NCBI GenBank assembly: GCA_963810935.1
Contig: CAWEPK010000003.1
Span: 111,622 to 175,621 of the forward strand
Source: an uncultured delta proteobacterium
GTDB lineage: Bacteria; Desulfobacterota; Syntrophorhabdia; Syntrophorhabdales; WCHB1-27
Length of the DNA: 64,000 bases
Direction of reading: 5' to 3'
Shown: piece by piece, positions 40,401 to 50,254 of the stretch
Layout: each line of letters opens with the position of its first letter
How positions within the stretch are numbered: position 1 is the first letter of the stretch
Translations under genes and position numbers: made by a program
The notes under the pieces: model-generated
What the model saw: the letters and a program-made list of their open reading frames with translations, nothing else
Told to the model about the DNA's origin: nothing
Databases searched by the model: none

Positions 40401-40547
40401 CGACTCGCAGCGGCCTTTCGCCATAGTCATCGTTGGGGGGCTGATCGCCGACCTTTTTATCGAGCATTTACCTGCTACCCACTTTTTACGTCTGGTGGGC
40501 GCGCCCGACCGACCACCTGCCGAAGAAGGAAGAGTCTATGCCTGTAG
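37408..40547 (+). pseudogene. CusA/CzcA-family heavy-metal RND transporter with multiple frameshifts (about 37441, 37480, 39533, 40392, 40460); end approximate
   Basis: IEAYPD, EVEQQVTIPIE, ANLLSLGALDFGMVVDGA, EFLPHLDEG, RLRPIMMT, QRPFAIVIVGG spread over frames. Confidence 0.88.
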
Positions 40548-40722
40548 ACAAGACCGGACGACGACGCCTAAAAAGGCCGGTCGCGCCACACTGCCCGATT
40601 ATTTCGATTGCTTGTCGTCGGCATATGGACCCTGAAGGCACTAAAAGGGTCATTTGTCTGCCAACGAGACAGATTTCTATTTTAAATATTGCTGCACCGC
40701 TGTAGAATTAGTGCGTGAAAAG

Positions 40723-41313
40723 ATGATCGAGGATGTGCTCTTAGTCATAAGGGCCTGCCTTTCGGCTGACGCCGCCGCCTGGAAGGTTTTTTTCACCGAA
40801 TACGCGCCCGTTGCTATTAACATCCTGAGCAGGGCGATCCCGGATTTGTCCGCCCACGAAAAAGAAGACATAGCTCAGAACACGTTTTCCAAGCTCCTCA
40901 AAGGGGGCCTCCGGAACTTCCGCGGCTCTACCAGATACGAATTCCTCGCCTATCTAAAGCAGATCGTTCTCAATGAGGCGCGCACGTATCTTAAGTCGGA
41001 AAAGGATTGGAGGGGTAGATTATCTTTCGACGAGGAGGCGGACCGCGGCCGGCTGGGCTCCTCCGAGGAAGTAACGGACGGGAATGCGGAGCCCTACAGC
41101 GTGACGAAGCGGGAAGAGCAGATGCAGATAATAAACACAGTGCTCGAAGGCTCGCCCCTCGAAACCAGGCAGGTGCTCCTTATGAAGATGGAGGGATATA
41201 AAGACAGGGAGATCGCGGATATCCTTGGTATCTCCCTGGGCACGGTTGCCTCGCGGTATGCACGCGTAAAAGAAAGGATCAAGGTATACTCGGTAGGGAA
41301 GACGGAACCCTAG
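40723..41313 (+). CDS. ECF-type RNA polymerase sigma-70 factor
   Basis: AAWKVFF, EDIAQNTF, FLAYLKQIVLN (region 2); EIADILGISLGTVASR (region 4). Confidence 0.85.
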   Translation: MIEDVLLVIRACLSADAAAWKVFFTEYAPVAINILSRAIPDLSAHEKEDIAQNTFSKLLKGGLRNFRGSTRYEFLAYLKQIVLNEARTYLKSEKDWRGRLSFDEEADRGRLGSSEEVTDGNAEPYSVTKREEQMQIINTVLEGSPLETRQVLLMKMEGYKDREIADILGISLGTVASRYARVKERIKVYSVGKTEP

Positions 41314-41316
41314 TTC

Positions 41317-42787
41317 TTACCGCCCGATCAGCCGCCGCAACATCTCCGCGGAGCCCGCGTCGAGCGCCTTTAGCCTGTCGTATGCCGCCATCGCCTTCTT
41401 TTTGTTGCCCTGCGCGAGGCTGGGCAAGGCCTATCTGGTACTGGGCCTCGGCGTCCTTCGGGTTCGCGCCTACGATCTTTTCGTATTTCCCGATTGCAGC
41501 GTTGTATTCACCCTTCATTTGCAGGCACATTGCAAAGCTGAAGAGGGCGTCGGCGTTCTCGGGCTCGATTTTCAGCGCCTCCTCATATTCCGCTGCCTCG
41601 AGCTCGGGCAGCCCTTTCTTATAATACGCGTAGGCTAGCTCCATGCGGGCGCCAAAAAGGTTCGGGTTTTGCGAGAGCGCCTTCTTCAGGCAATCGATCG
41701 CCTCGTCCCACAGCTCGGCATCACGCGCCAGGATGCCTTTCATGTAGAGGTCCAAAGCTTCCTGTGAGAATTTCATGTCCTTCAGCTCGGCTACCGGGAT
41801 GGCCCTGCCTTCCGCAGCTATCTGCCCCGCGTCTCCGACCGGTACGGCCAGGTTTATGCTCTTCTCCCCGGTAGTGACGAGGCCCACCAGTCTCCCCTGT
41901 TTGTCTATGATGGCCCCACGCGAGCCCTTCTCACGGAGCGTGACGAGCTGGATATAGCGCATCGGCCGGTCGCTGCGCCTGCCGGGCATGGCGCTGACTG
42001 CGCGCACGGCCGATTCCCGCACCCGCCCGTCCGCCGGGAACCGGTCGGTGACGAGAAACACCGTCTCCCCTACGGCCACCCGGCTTATGTCCGCAACGGG
42101 CATGGAGGGGAGCGATTCGTTGTCTATCTTCATCACGGCGAGGTCCCTGTCCTCGTCCCGCCACACATTCGCGGTTTGAAACGTCCTTCCGTCGCTTAAG
42201 GTGATCCGGATGGTGCTTGCGCCGGCCAGGAAATGGAGGCTTGACGCAATGAGCCCGGCCGGGTTAACTACCACGCCGTTCGTGGCTCCCATTACGCCCC
42301 CTGCATCGTCCAGGGCCTGCACGCGGACGAAGGAGCGGGCATCGATGAGGGGGATGCCGGAAGGGGTGGACGGCTTAAGGAAGACATAAAGGCAGATTAT
42401 AACTACGCATGAGGCGATCAGGCCGACGGCCCCGTACCTCCATCGCCCGGACAGGGTTGCAGCAAGGGCCTTCAGGCTGGCGACGAGCTGTAATCCGCGA
42501 CGGCGTTTCGGCTTCTTCTTCCGCTCCTCCGGGCACAGCCTTTTTAGCCTGCCGTAAAACCTCAGAGGAAGCTTCATCGGGAGCCGCTCGTAATAGAGCA
42601 TCTCCATCATGTCGTTGAGCTGCTTTACGCAGTACGGACATGCGAGCAAATGGCTCGATGCGGCCTGCCTTTCCTGCGGCCGCAGCTTCCCTTCCGCGAA
42701 TAGGCCGAGGGTGGCAGGATCGAGGCAATCCTCTCCCCTGAATCCATCGATCCCCGGTAGTCCTCTCGTTGTCCCGGATGTGGTCAT
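41317..42787 (-). CDS. Zinc-finger anti-sigma / TM / trypsin-like / TPR protein (frameshift near 41420; corrected stop at 41317)
   Basis: HLLACPYC (HxxxCxxC), TM helix, SSLH...DLAVMKI trypsin-like fold, several TPRs. Confidence 0.8.
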
Positions 42788-42964
42788 TTTAGCGCCGATA
42801 CTATATATAAGACTCGGATTTTGCTGTTTTTCTTCCTTGATTTCAAAAAAATTTCATCATTCATCCAATCGGGCGGGGATTAGTGCCTTTTTTGGAAGCG
42901 GGGCGCGGGCAAGGGAAGAATATGGTTACGCCCGGTCGAACGGGATTGATTTGTGCAAAATGGC

Positions 42965-43387
42965 TTACTGCAGCCAGGGCCTTAGTTGACTCAGGTAGGT
43001 CTCGGGGAGGCCGCATTCCTTGGCGGCCGAGAGGATCTGTTCGAGGTAGCCGGGCCTGGGCTTCCCAGGCTTGCTGTCTGCCGCCACGTAAACGAGGGCA
43101 TTCACCTTGTTGCCGTCCGGCATCTGCACGTCGACGTATTCCCGCCGGTAGGCGCCGCTTTCAACGCCCTCGTAACGGTCAAGGGAGCGCTCGTCGCTAT
43201 CGGAGATTTGCCAGAGGAGGCCGAGCACGGCCGAAGACCGGTCCGGCACCACAGTGGCGACACCGTGCGAGTTGATTATAAACTTGTGGAAGGCAAGCGT
43301 AGCGGTGCCGACCGTTGCCGCGCGCTCGCACCGGGTGCTCATCTGCACAAGGTCCATATTCGAGCCGTAAGCGAAGTAGAGGACCAA
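42965..43387 (-). CDS. Gamma-glutamylcyclotransferase (AIG2-like) family protein
   Basis: YFAYGSNM, LDRYEGV, YL..ILSAAKECGLPETY; GGAG before TTG 43387. Confidence 0.88.
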   Translation of the reverse strand: MVLYFAYGSNMDLVQMSTRCERAATVGTATLAFHKFIINSHGVATVVPDRSSAVLGLLWQISDSDERSLDRYEGVESGAYRREYVDVQMPDGNKVNALVYVAADSKPGKPRPGYLEQILSAAKECGLPETYLSQLRPWLQ

Positions 43388-43457
43388 TAGCAGACTCCAG
43401 GATATGCAGGCGCGATTTCCCATCTTATGAGCACGGCCGAACCCGCGCGTCGCGAGC

Positions 43458-43826
43458 TTAGTATTCGGGGGTCTCCTCGTCGACCTCGTCGCCAGGCTCG
43501 ATGTCGCCCTTTAGGACCCCGTCCATCCAGTCGGCCTGCATCTTGCCGAGATACGAATCATCGAGCAAATACCTCGCCTCGTGGTCTGGGTGGGCCTCAC
43601 GCTCCGGGTCGTCCCACATCACCTTGTACGCATTGAAGCGGTTGGCGAAGCGCGCCCAGAACCGGGGCGCGATCTCGTTGTCGATCCGGTCCCTGTCATG
43701 CCGCATGAGCGCCGTCTGGTACTCCTCGCTCAAGAGCGTCAGCAGCTCGTCGTCCGGTCTCTGCTCGTCCGAAACGGGCAGCATCGCGTTTACGTCTAAT
43801 TTGTTTTTGCGGGCTTTTCTTGCCAT
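43458..43826 (-). CDS. Hypothetical protein
   Basis: AGAGG RBS, host-like codon use, acidic C-terminus. Confidence 0.65.
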   Translation of the reverse strand: MARKARKNKLDVNAMLPVSDEQRPDDELLTLLSEEYQTALMRHDRDRIDNEIAPRFWARFANRFNAYKVMWDDPEREAHPDHEARYLLDDSYLGKMQADWMDGVLKGDIEPGDEVDEETPEY

Positions 43827-44416
43827 GTGCCTCTAAATCAAAAGGTAAGATAGACCTAGGGCCATGTCAACGAGCGTTCTAGTCGATACGGGCACGCCCG
43901 GTTTGGAGAACCGGTGAGGAAAGGCACGGAGTCGACCTCGGTGTTGAACTGGGTTGTGTGTCTGCGGTCGACCCCGCACCTTGAGCAAGGGGAAAGACGT
44001 GGGACGCTTGCGAGTTGTTCAGTCCTCTTCTCCATTGCGCGATCTTCCTGATGTCGAAGAGCATCGGGATCGCGAAGAAGAGGGACTGGCGGAATATCCA
44101 AGCCTGCTGCACTTGACACAAAACGTTAAAAATCCTGGCCATTCCGGAGGTGGCGAACAGGTTGATTACCGGGGAATATCTTTTTTCAGTCACAATCACT
44201 TTGCACTCTTCGACTTTAACTAAAGCAATGGCCGTGCCAAAAGCGAAGATATCGTGGAAGAGGCGAAGATTACAGGCGAAACCGGGCCCCCACACCGGGT
44301 GAGGGCCTGTCAGGGCGGGAAAGAAATGTCGAAAGCGACATTTCTTATCGACACTACTGTCGATAACGGTTATCGTGGCATACAGGCATCCCGGCGTTGG
44401 CGAAAAAGACAGGCAG

Positions 44417-45208
44417 CTATTTAATCATCGGCCAATAGCGCCCCTTTTTCTCGATCGACTCGACGGAGACTCCGTACAGGCCTTTCAGGGTTTTGGACGT
44501 GAGGATCGCCCCGGTCTCCCCCCTGGCCGCCACCCTGCCGTCCGACAGGGCCAGGGTATGGGTGAAAATCGGGAGGATTTCCTCGGGGTGGTGGGTTACG
44601 TATACGAGCGCCGGGAGGCTGCTCTTCTTGCCGAGGGACGACAGGGCGGCCAGCAACTTTTCCCTCGCGCCCAGGTCCATGCCCGCGCACGGCTCGTCTA
44701 GTATGAGCAGGTAGGGCCGGGCCATAAGGGAGCGACAGATAAGCACTTTTTGCTGTTCCCCTTGCGATAGGCTGCCGAATGTCTGCCTGGCAAGGCGGAT
44801 GCAGCCGAGCGCCGAAAGGCGCCTGCGTGCCTCGGCCGCATCGCGGGCCGTAGGTTTCTCACCGGGGAGCGCCCAGAGTCCGAGCTGCGCGTATTTGCCC
44901 GAAATGACTGTTTCAAGGACGGTCTCGCGTACCGGTATATCTGCCTGGAGGCTCGACGTTACCCAGCCGATGCTTCTGCGCAAGGCCCCCATGTCGCTCG
45001 ACGATTCCCCGTTCCGGTAGACCTTTCCGCCGGCGTTCGGCCAGAGGTATCCGCAGACGATCTTGAGGAGGGTGGTCTTCCCCGCCCCGTTCGGCCCGAG
45101 GATTGCCCAGTGCTCTCCGCGCTTTACAGCCCACGAGACGTTATCCAGGATCCTTTTCCCGTTGAGCGCGTGGCTCACGTTGCTGACATGCAGTAAAGGG
45201 GCGCCCAT
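44417..45208 (-). CDS. ABC transporter ATP-binding protein (ModF/YlmA-like)
   Basis: GEHWAILGPNGAGKTT, LSQGEQQK, LDEPCAGMD, YVTHHPEEI. Confidence 0.88.
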   Translation of the reverse strand: MGAPLLHVSNVSHALNGKRILDNVSWAVKRGEHWAILGPNGAGKTTLLKIVCGYLWPNAGGKVYRNGESSSDMGALRRSIGWVTSSLQADIPVRETVLETVISGKYAQLGLWALPGEKPTARDAAEARRRLSALGCIRLARQTFGSLSQGEQQKVLICRSLMARPYLLILDEPCAGMDLGAREKLLAALSSLGKKSSLPALVYVTHHPEEILPIFTHTLALSDGRVAARGETGAILTSKTLKGLYGVSVESIEKKGRYWPMIK

Positions 45209-45447
45209 TAACTCTCCGTCTCTCCTGCCCCTGCCTTTTGCGTAACCAGGGGCAGCATGATTTAACACAAAAACCCCGGGTGTTTCAACAGGAGCGCTTC
45301 GAGGCGGGCCGTATAGTTGCAATCGATGGTTCTACAAAAATATACCTCGCCCCCCTGCTTTTGTTCTATAATATAGGTAATCGGCAGCGACGCCCGGCCT
45401 TGTCAGGCGTCCGCAGATCGCATGATTTCTCTTCAGGAGCGCCTTTA

Positions 45448-46797
45448 ATGGGGAAGTTATTCGGCACTGACGGCATAAGGGGAGAAGCGAACCGCTATCC
45501 GATGAAATCGGAGATCGCCTTCGGAGTCGGGCAGGCGGTCGCCCACCTTTTGAGAAAGCAGCACCATCGGACCAGGATAGTCATAGGCAAAGATACGCGC
45601 ATCTCCGGATATATGCTGGAAAGCTCGCTGGAGGCAGGCATAACCTCCATGGGCGGCCACCCCTATCTGGTCGGTGTCCTTCCCACGCCGGGTATCGCGT
45701 TTATCACTCAGAGCATGAGGGCCGATGCGGGCATAGTGATCTCCGCCTCCCACAACCCTTACGAGGACAACGGGATAAAAATATTCAGCGGCAGCGGCTT
45801 CAAGCTGAGCGACGACGAAGAGACCGCCCTGGAGGACCTTATCTTCAGCGGCGAACTCGACCGCATGCTGCCGCCCGCGCAGGAGATGGGGCAGGCATTC
45901 CGTATGGAAGACGTGAACGGCCGCTACATCGTTTTCCTGAAAAACACCTTTCCCCGCGATCTCTCAATGGAGGGGATGAAAATAGTGCTGGACGTCGCCA
46001 ACGGTGCTACCTACAAGGTCGCCCCCATCTCCTTCACGGAGCTGGGCGCGCACGTCGAGGTCATCCATAACAATCCCAACGGCCTGAATATAAACGAGTA
46101 TTGCGGCTCCCAGGACACGCGCGCTTTGAGCAGGAAGGTCATTGAGACGGGCGCCGCCGTGGGGCTGGCCTTCGACGGCGACGGCGACCGCCTGATAGCC
46201 GTGGACGAAAAGGGCGATACCCTGACCGGGGATCAGATACTCTTCATCTGCGGCTTTGTCATGAAGCAGCAGGGCCTGCTGAAGAGTAACCTTATAGTAA
46301 GCACGATTATGAGCAACCTGGGCCTGAAGGCGGCATGCCGCAAGCACGGTATCGACCTTCACGCAGCCAATGTCGGCGACCGGTACGTGCTCGAAGAGAT
46401 GATCCGTCTCGGGGGCGCAGTCGGCGGCGAGGAATCGGGGCATACGATCTTCCTCGACCACCACACGACCGGGGACGGCATCATTACGGCCATGCAGGTG
46501 GTCGCAGCAATGGCGAGGACGGGCAAGCCCCTGTCGGAGCTCGCTGCAATGATGGAAGTTTTCCCTCAGAAGCTGATCAATATAAACGTGAAAAGCAAGC
46601 CGAGCCTCGATTCCGTGCCGGAGATCGGCCGGGCAATCCGGCAGGTCGAAAAGGAGCTTGGCGACGACGGCCGGGTACTCGTACGGTATTCGGGCACGCA
46701 AAACATGTGCCGGGTTATGGTAGAGGGGCCTTCGTCGGAGATGACGGAGAAGTATTGCAGCGGTCTGGCCGAGGTGGTCGAGGCTGCCATTGGCTGA
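45448..46797 (+). CDS. glmM: Phosphoglucosamine mutase
   Basis: LFGTDGIRG, GKDTRISGYMLE, ISASHNP, FDGDGDR, GGEESGH. Confidence 0.96.
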   Translation: MGKLFGTDGIRGEANRYPMKSEIAFGVGQAVAHLLRKQHHRTRIVIGKDTRISGYMLESSLEAGITSMGGHPYLVGVLPTPGIAFITQSMRADAGIVISASHNPYEDNGIKIFSGSGFKLSDDEETALEDLIFSGELDRMLPPAQEMGQAFRMEDVNGRYIVFLKNTFPRDLSMEGMKIVLDVANGATYKVAPISFTELGAHVEVIHNNPNGLNINEYCGSQDTRALSRKVIETGAAVGLAFDGDGDRLIAVDEKGDTLTGDQILFICGFVMKQQGLLKSNLIVSTIMSNLGLKAACRKHGIDLHAANVGDRYVLEEMIRLGGAVGGEESGHTIFLDHHTTGDGIITAMQVVAAMARTGKPLSELAAMMEVFPQKLININVKSKPSLDSVPEIGRAIRQVEKELGDDGRVLVRYSGTQNMCRVMVEGPSSEMTEKYCSGLAEVVEAAIG

Positions 46798-46872
46798 CGG
46801 TGGTTTTCCCCTGGTCGGCCGCCGCTTTTTCCGGGTTGTGACGCTCCCCCTGCATGCCTGATCCTGCCGCTA

Positions 46873-46975
46873 ATTTACGAGCTTGTAAATACTATGACGG
46901 GCCGAGCGGTTTTGTCTTGACATAGTATTCTGTTGCGGATAAAATCTGCTCTTAGTTTTGTTACAATTTTCACAA
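46873..46975 (+). promoter_or_regulatory. sigma70 promoter and palindromic operators of the benzoyl-CoA pathway operon
   Basis: TTGACA(46917)-N17-TAAAAT(46940); TTGTTACAATTTTCACAA (46958-46975); ATTTAC-N6-GTAAAT (46873). Confidence 0.65.
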
Positions 46976-46996
46976 AGTCAAAAAAGAGAGGTTCCC

Positions 46997-47749
46997 ATGA
47001 AGCTGGAAGGTAAGAACGCTGTAGTAACCGGCGGCGGGAGGGGTGTGGGCCGCGCAATCTCTTTGGCGTTTGCGCGGGAAGGCGCAAACGTGGTTGTGAA
47101 TTACGCGGGTAACGAGAAAGCTGCTAAGGAAGTAGTCGGGATGATTGAGGCGATGGGCAGGAAGGCCGTCGCAGTCCAGGGCGACGTGTCTAAGTGGGAG
47201 GATGCACAGAAAATCGTCGATGCATGCGTGCAGAACTTCGGCTCGGTGCACATCGTTATCAACAACGCGGGCATATCGAAGCCGGCCATGCTTCACAAGC
47301 TGTCCGACGAGCTGTGGGACGAGGTAGTCGACATACAGATGAAAGGTCCCTGGCACTGCATCAAGGCAGCGTCCAAGTATTTCATGGAGCAGAAGTACGG
47401 CCGGATCGTCAATGTCACGTCTGTTGCGGGCATCGTCGGGACGACGGGTCAGATCCATTACGCGGCTGCAAAAGGCGGGGTGGTAACGCTCACCAAGTCG
47501 GCCGCGCGGGAGCTTGCCCGCTATAACGTCACGGCGAATGTTATCTCCCTCGGCATCGTTACGACGGAAATGACGAGCACCCTGCAGAGCGACGAGAAGA
47601 TGAAGGAGATCTATATGCGGCGGATCCTCCTGAACAAATACGCGGAGCCTGAAGACGTTGCTCCCGCGTTCGTCTTTCTCGCTTCCGACGACGCGCGGTA
47701 CATCACCGGCCAGCTCCTGTGCGTAGACGGCGGCTACGGGATGACGTAG
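46997..47749 (+). CDS. Short-chain dehydrogenase/reductase (FabG-like), probably an acyl-CoA dehydrogenase/reductase of the benzoate pathway
   Basis: TGGGRGVG, NNAG, YAAAK, YITGQ..VDGG. Confidence 0.88.
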   Translation: MKLEGKNAVVTGGGRGVGRAISLAFAREGANVVVNYAGNEKAAKEVVGMIEAMGRKAVAVQGDVSKWEDAQKIVDACVQNFGSVHIVINNAGISKPAMLHKLSDELWDEVVDIQMKGPWHCIKAASKYFMEQKYGRIVNVTSVAGIVGTTGQIHYAAAKGGVVTLTKSAARELARYNVTANVISLGIVTTEMTSTLQSDEKMKEIYMRRILLNKYAEPEDVAPAFVFLASDDARYITGQLLCVDGGYGMT

Positions 47750-47805
47750 GATTGGGGATCGCGGGGCACACGGAGTCGAAGTAAAAATAATTAGGAGGTG
47801 TTGGA

Positions 47806-48915
47806 ATGGCCGATGTACCAGGTTCAATCAAGACATGGCAAATGGTGAACCCGACCTCTAAGAACAGAGAGACGGGCGAAGTCACTGCCGGCAAGCTGCA
47901 GAAGACCGAGATACCCGTACCGGCCCTGAAAGAAGGCGAGGTGCTGGTGGAAGTCGCCGGCTGCGGGGTCTGCCACACAGACCTCGGCTACTTCTATGAT
48001 GGCGTCCCTACCGTCAACAAGCCGCCGCTGACGCTGGGACACGAGATCAGCGGGACGGTCGTGGCGGGCGACGCCGCGTGGATCGGGAAAGAGGTCATAA
48101 TACCTGCCGTTATGCCGTGCAGGCAGTGCATCCTTTGCAAGACGGGCAGGGGCAACAGGTGCCTCGTCCAGAAAATGCCCGGCAACAGCCTGGGCATCTA
48201 CGGCGGTTTTTCCAGCCACATACCCGTACCATCGATCGACCTTTGCCTGGTCGCCGATAAGATGGGGTACAAGCTGGAGCAGCTTTCCGTTATAGCGGAC
48301 GCAGTGACCACGCCTTACCAGGCGTCGAAGAGGGCCGACCTCCAGTTCGGCGACAACGTCATCGTCATAGGCGCGACGGGCGGCGTAGGCGTCTATATGG
48401 CGCAGACCGTCAAGGCATTGGGCGCGAGGACCGTCGTCGGCATAGCGAGGAACCCCGAGAAGCTGCAGAGGGCCCTCGAGTATGGCTGTGATGCGGTCAT
48501 CAGCACAGTAGACAAGACGAACAAGGACATCGTGGGCGAATGGAGGAACCTCTGCAAGAGCAAGGGCCTCGCCAACACGGGATGGAAGATCTTTGAGGTA
48601 ACGGGGACGAAGGCCGGACAGGACCTCGCGCTCGACCTCCTCTCCTTTGTCGGCAAGCTGATCATGGTCGGGTTCGGCATGGCGAAGAGCGAATACATGA
48701 TGTCGAAGCTTATGGCGTTCGACGCCGAGATCATCGGGACATGGGGCTGCCTGCCCGAGTACTACCCGATAGTCCTCGACATGGTGCTGAAGAAGAAGAT
48801 CGTCATAGACCCGTTCGTCGATGTGCGGCCGATGAGCACAATAGCAGCAACGTTCGACGAGATCCACAAAGCGGGTTCACCGGCAAAAAGGGTCGTCTTG
48901 AAACCGGATTTCTAA
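47806..48915 (+). CDS. had: 6-hydroxycyclohex-1-ene-1-carbonyl-CoA dehydrogenase (Had/BamQ)
   Basis: Zn-ADH GCGVCHTD, GHEISG, C..C.LC......C; KLMAFDA..GTWGCLPEYYP; next to oah and dch. Confidence 0.92.
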   Translation: MADVPGSIKTWQMVNPTSKNRETGEVTAGKLQKTEIPVPALKEGEVLVEVAGCGVCHTDLGYFYDGVPTVNKPPLTLGHEISGTVVAGDAAWIGKEVIIPAVMPCRQCILCKTGRGNRCLVQKMPGNSLGIYGGFSSHIPVPSIDLCLVADKMGYKLEQLSVIADAVTTPYQASKRADLQFGDNVIVIGATGGVGVYMAQTVKALGARTVVGIARNPEKLQRALEYGCDAVISTVDKTNKDIVGEWRNLCKSKGLANTGWKIFEVTGTKAGQDLALDLLSFVGKLIMVGFGMAKSEYMMSKLMAFDAEIIGTWGCLPEYYPIVLDMVLKKKIVIDPFVDVRPMSTIAATFDEIHKAGSPAKRVVLKPDF

Positions 48916-48943
48916 AAATCCACACTAATCAGGAGGGAACCAT

Positions 48944-50092
48944 ATGTCACTGAGCTGGATGCCAAGAGAACATGGACTTAAGGACCACAACAGGCACGGG
49001 AAAGAGAACTGGGGTACGGACGCCCCCTGCACCGTGTACGAAAAGAAGCCCCTGTTAGACCCGAAAGGGAACGTCGTTCCGGGCCTCTACACCGCCTGGA
49101 TACGCCTGAACAACCCTGCCCAGTACAACTCCTACACCACGGAGATGGTGAAGGGTGTTATCGCCGGTTTCGAAAACTCCTCGACGGACCGCGAAGTCGT
49201 CGCAGTAGTCTTCACCGGCACGGGCCCCAACGCGTTCTGCACGGGCGGCAACACGAAGGAATATTCCGAGTACTACAGCATGCGCCCTGAGGAATACGGC
49301 TCCTACATGGAGCTTTTTAACAACATGGTTGACTCCATACTCATGTGCAAGAAGCCGGTTATCTGCCGGGTAAACGGCATGAGGGTAGCGGGCGGCCAGG
49401 AGATCGGTCTTGCCTGCGACATCGCCGTATCTTCTGACCTTGCCATCTACGGTCAGGCCGGTCCTCGTCACGGTTCCGCACCGGTCGGCGGCTCGTCCGA
49501 CTTCCTGCCGTGGTTCCTCTCCGCAGAAGACGCGATGTGGAACTGCGTAAGCTGCGAAATGTGGTCCGCTTACAAGATGAAGGCAAAGAACCTCATCTCC
49601 AAGGCACTCCCCGTCCTGAAGGACGACAAGGGCGCATGGGTCAAGAACCCGCAGATCATTACCGACACCTACGTCAAGAACGGCGACATTGTGTACGGCG
49701 AATACAAGACCGGTGACGAAGCGAAGCAGGCGCGTAACTGGGTAAACGAGAAGCTGAAGAACAACGAATACGATTTCTCTCTGCTCGACGCGGAAGTCGA
49801 TCGCATTGTCTGGATATTCGCGAACCTCTTCCCCGGCTGCCTCATGAAGTCAATCGACGGGATCAGGCAGAAGAAGAAGTCTTTCTGGGATGCGATGAAG
49901 AACGACCACAGGTACTGGCTGGCAACGAACATGATGGGCGAGGCCTTCCTCGGCTTCGGCGCCTTCAACACGAAGAAGATCACGGGCGTCGATACCATCG
50001 ACTTCATCAAGAACCGCCAGCTCCAGGCCAAGGGCGAGATGATCGACGAGAAGTTCATGGAAGAAGTAATGGGCAAACCGCAGGCGAAGTAA
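48944..50092 (+). CDS. oah: 6-oxocyclohex-1-ene-1-carbonyl-CoA hydrolase (Oah/BamA)
   Basis: NPAQYNSYTTEMVK, FCTGGNTKEY, RVNGMRVAGGQEIG, GQAGPRHGSAP. Confidence 0.95.
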   Translation: MSLSWMPREHGLKDHNRHGKENWGTDAPCTVYEKKPLLDPKGNVVPGLYTAWIRLNNPAQYNSYTTEMVKGVIAGFENSSTDREVVAVVFTGTGPNAFCTGGNTKEYSEYYSMRPEEYGSYMELFNNMVDSILMCKKPVICRVNGMRVAGGQEIGLACDIAVSSDLAIYGQAGPRHGSAPVGGSSDFLPWFLSAEDAMWNCVSCEMWSAYKMKAKNLISKALPVLKDDKGAWVKNPQIITDTYVKNGDIVYGEYKTGDEAKQARNWVNEKLKNNEYDFSLLDAEVDRIVWIFANLFPGCLMKSIDGIRQKKKSFWDAMKNDHRYWLATNMMGEAFLGFGAFNTKKITGVDTIDFIKNRQLQAKGEMIDEKFMEEVMGKPQAK

Positions 50093-50106
50093 GCGCGGCA
50101 AAAAGC

Positions 50107-50136
50107 AAAGGGGGGCATAACAGCCCCCCTTTTTTT
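50107..50136 (+). terminator. Rho-independent terminator
   Basis: aaaggggggc-ataaca-gcccccc followed by a T tract. Confidence 0.8.
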
Positions 50137-50254
50137 CGCCCGGCCGCGCCAAAAAAATATGGAACTGACGGCCGCGCCGTGATAAATATTACGGGAACCG
50201 ATACGTAAAATGCGGACACGGCCGCCAATAGACGGACTAACGGGGGGAACTCTG

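Noticed and set aside
43856..44128. Possible IS remnant bounded by tagggccatgtcaac and ttgacacaaaacgtta
   Set aside because: Only a TGTCAA core is shared between the putative ends, and none of the overlapping ORFs resembles a transposase.
46970..48867. Long antisense ORFs opposite SDR and had (and similar ones opposite lysS, moeA, CASDH and the RND genes)
   Set aside because: Typical shadow ORFs of GC-rich coding strands, with no motifs or RBS.
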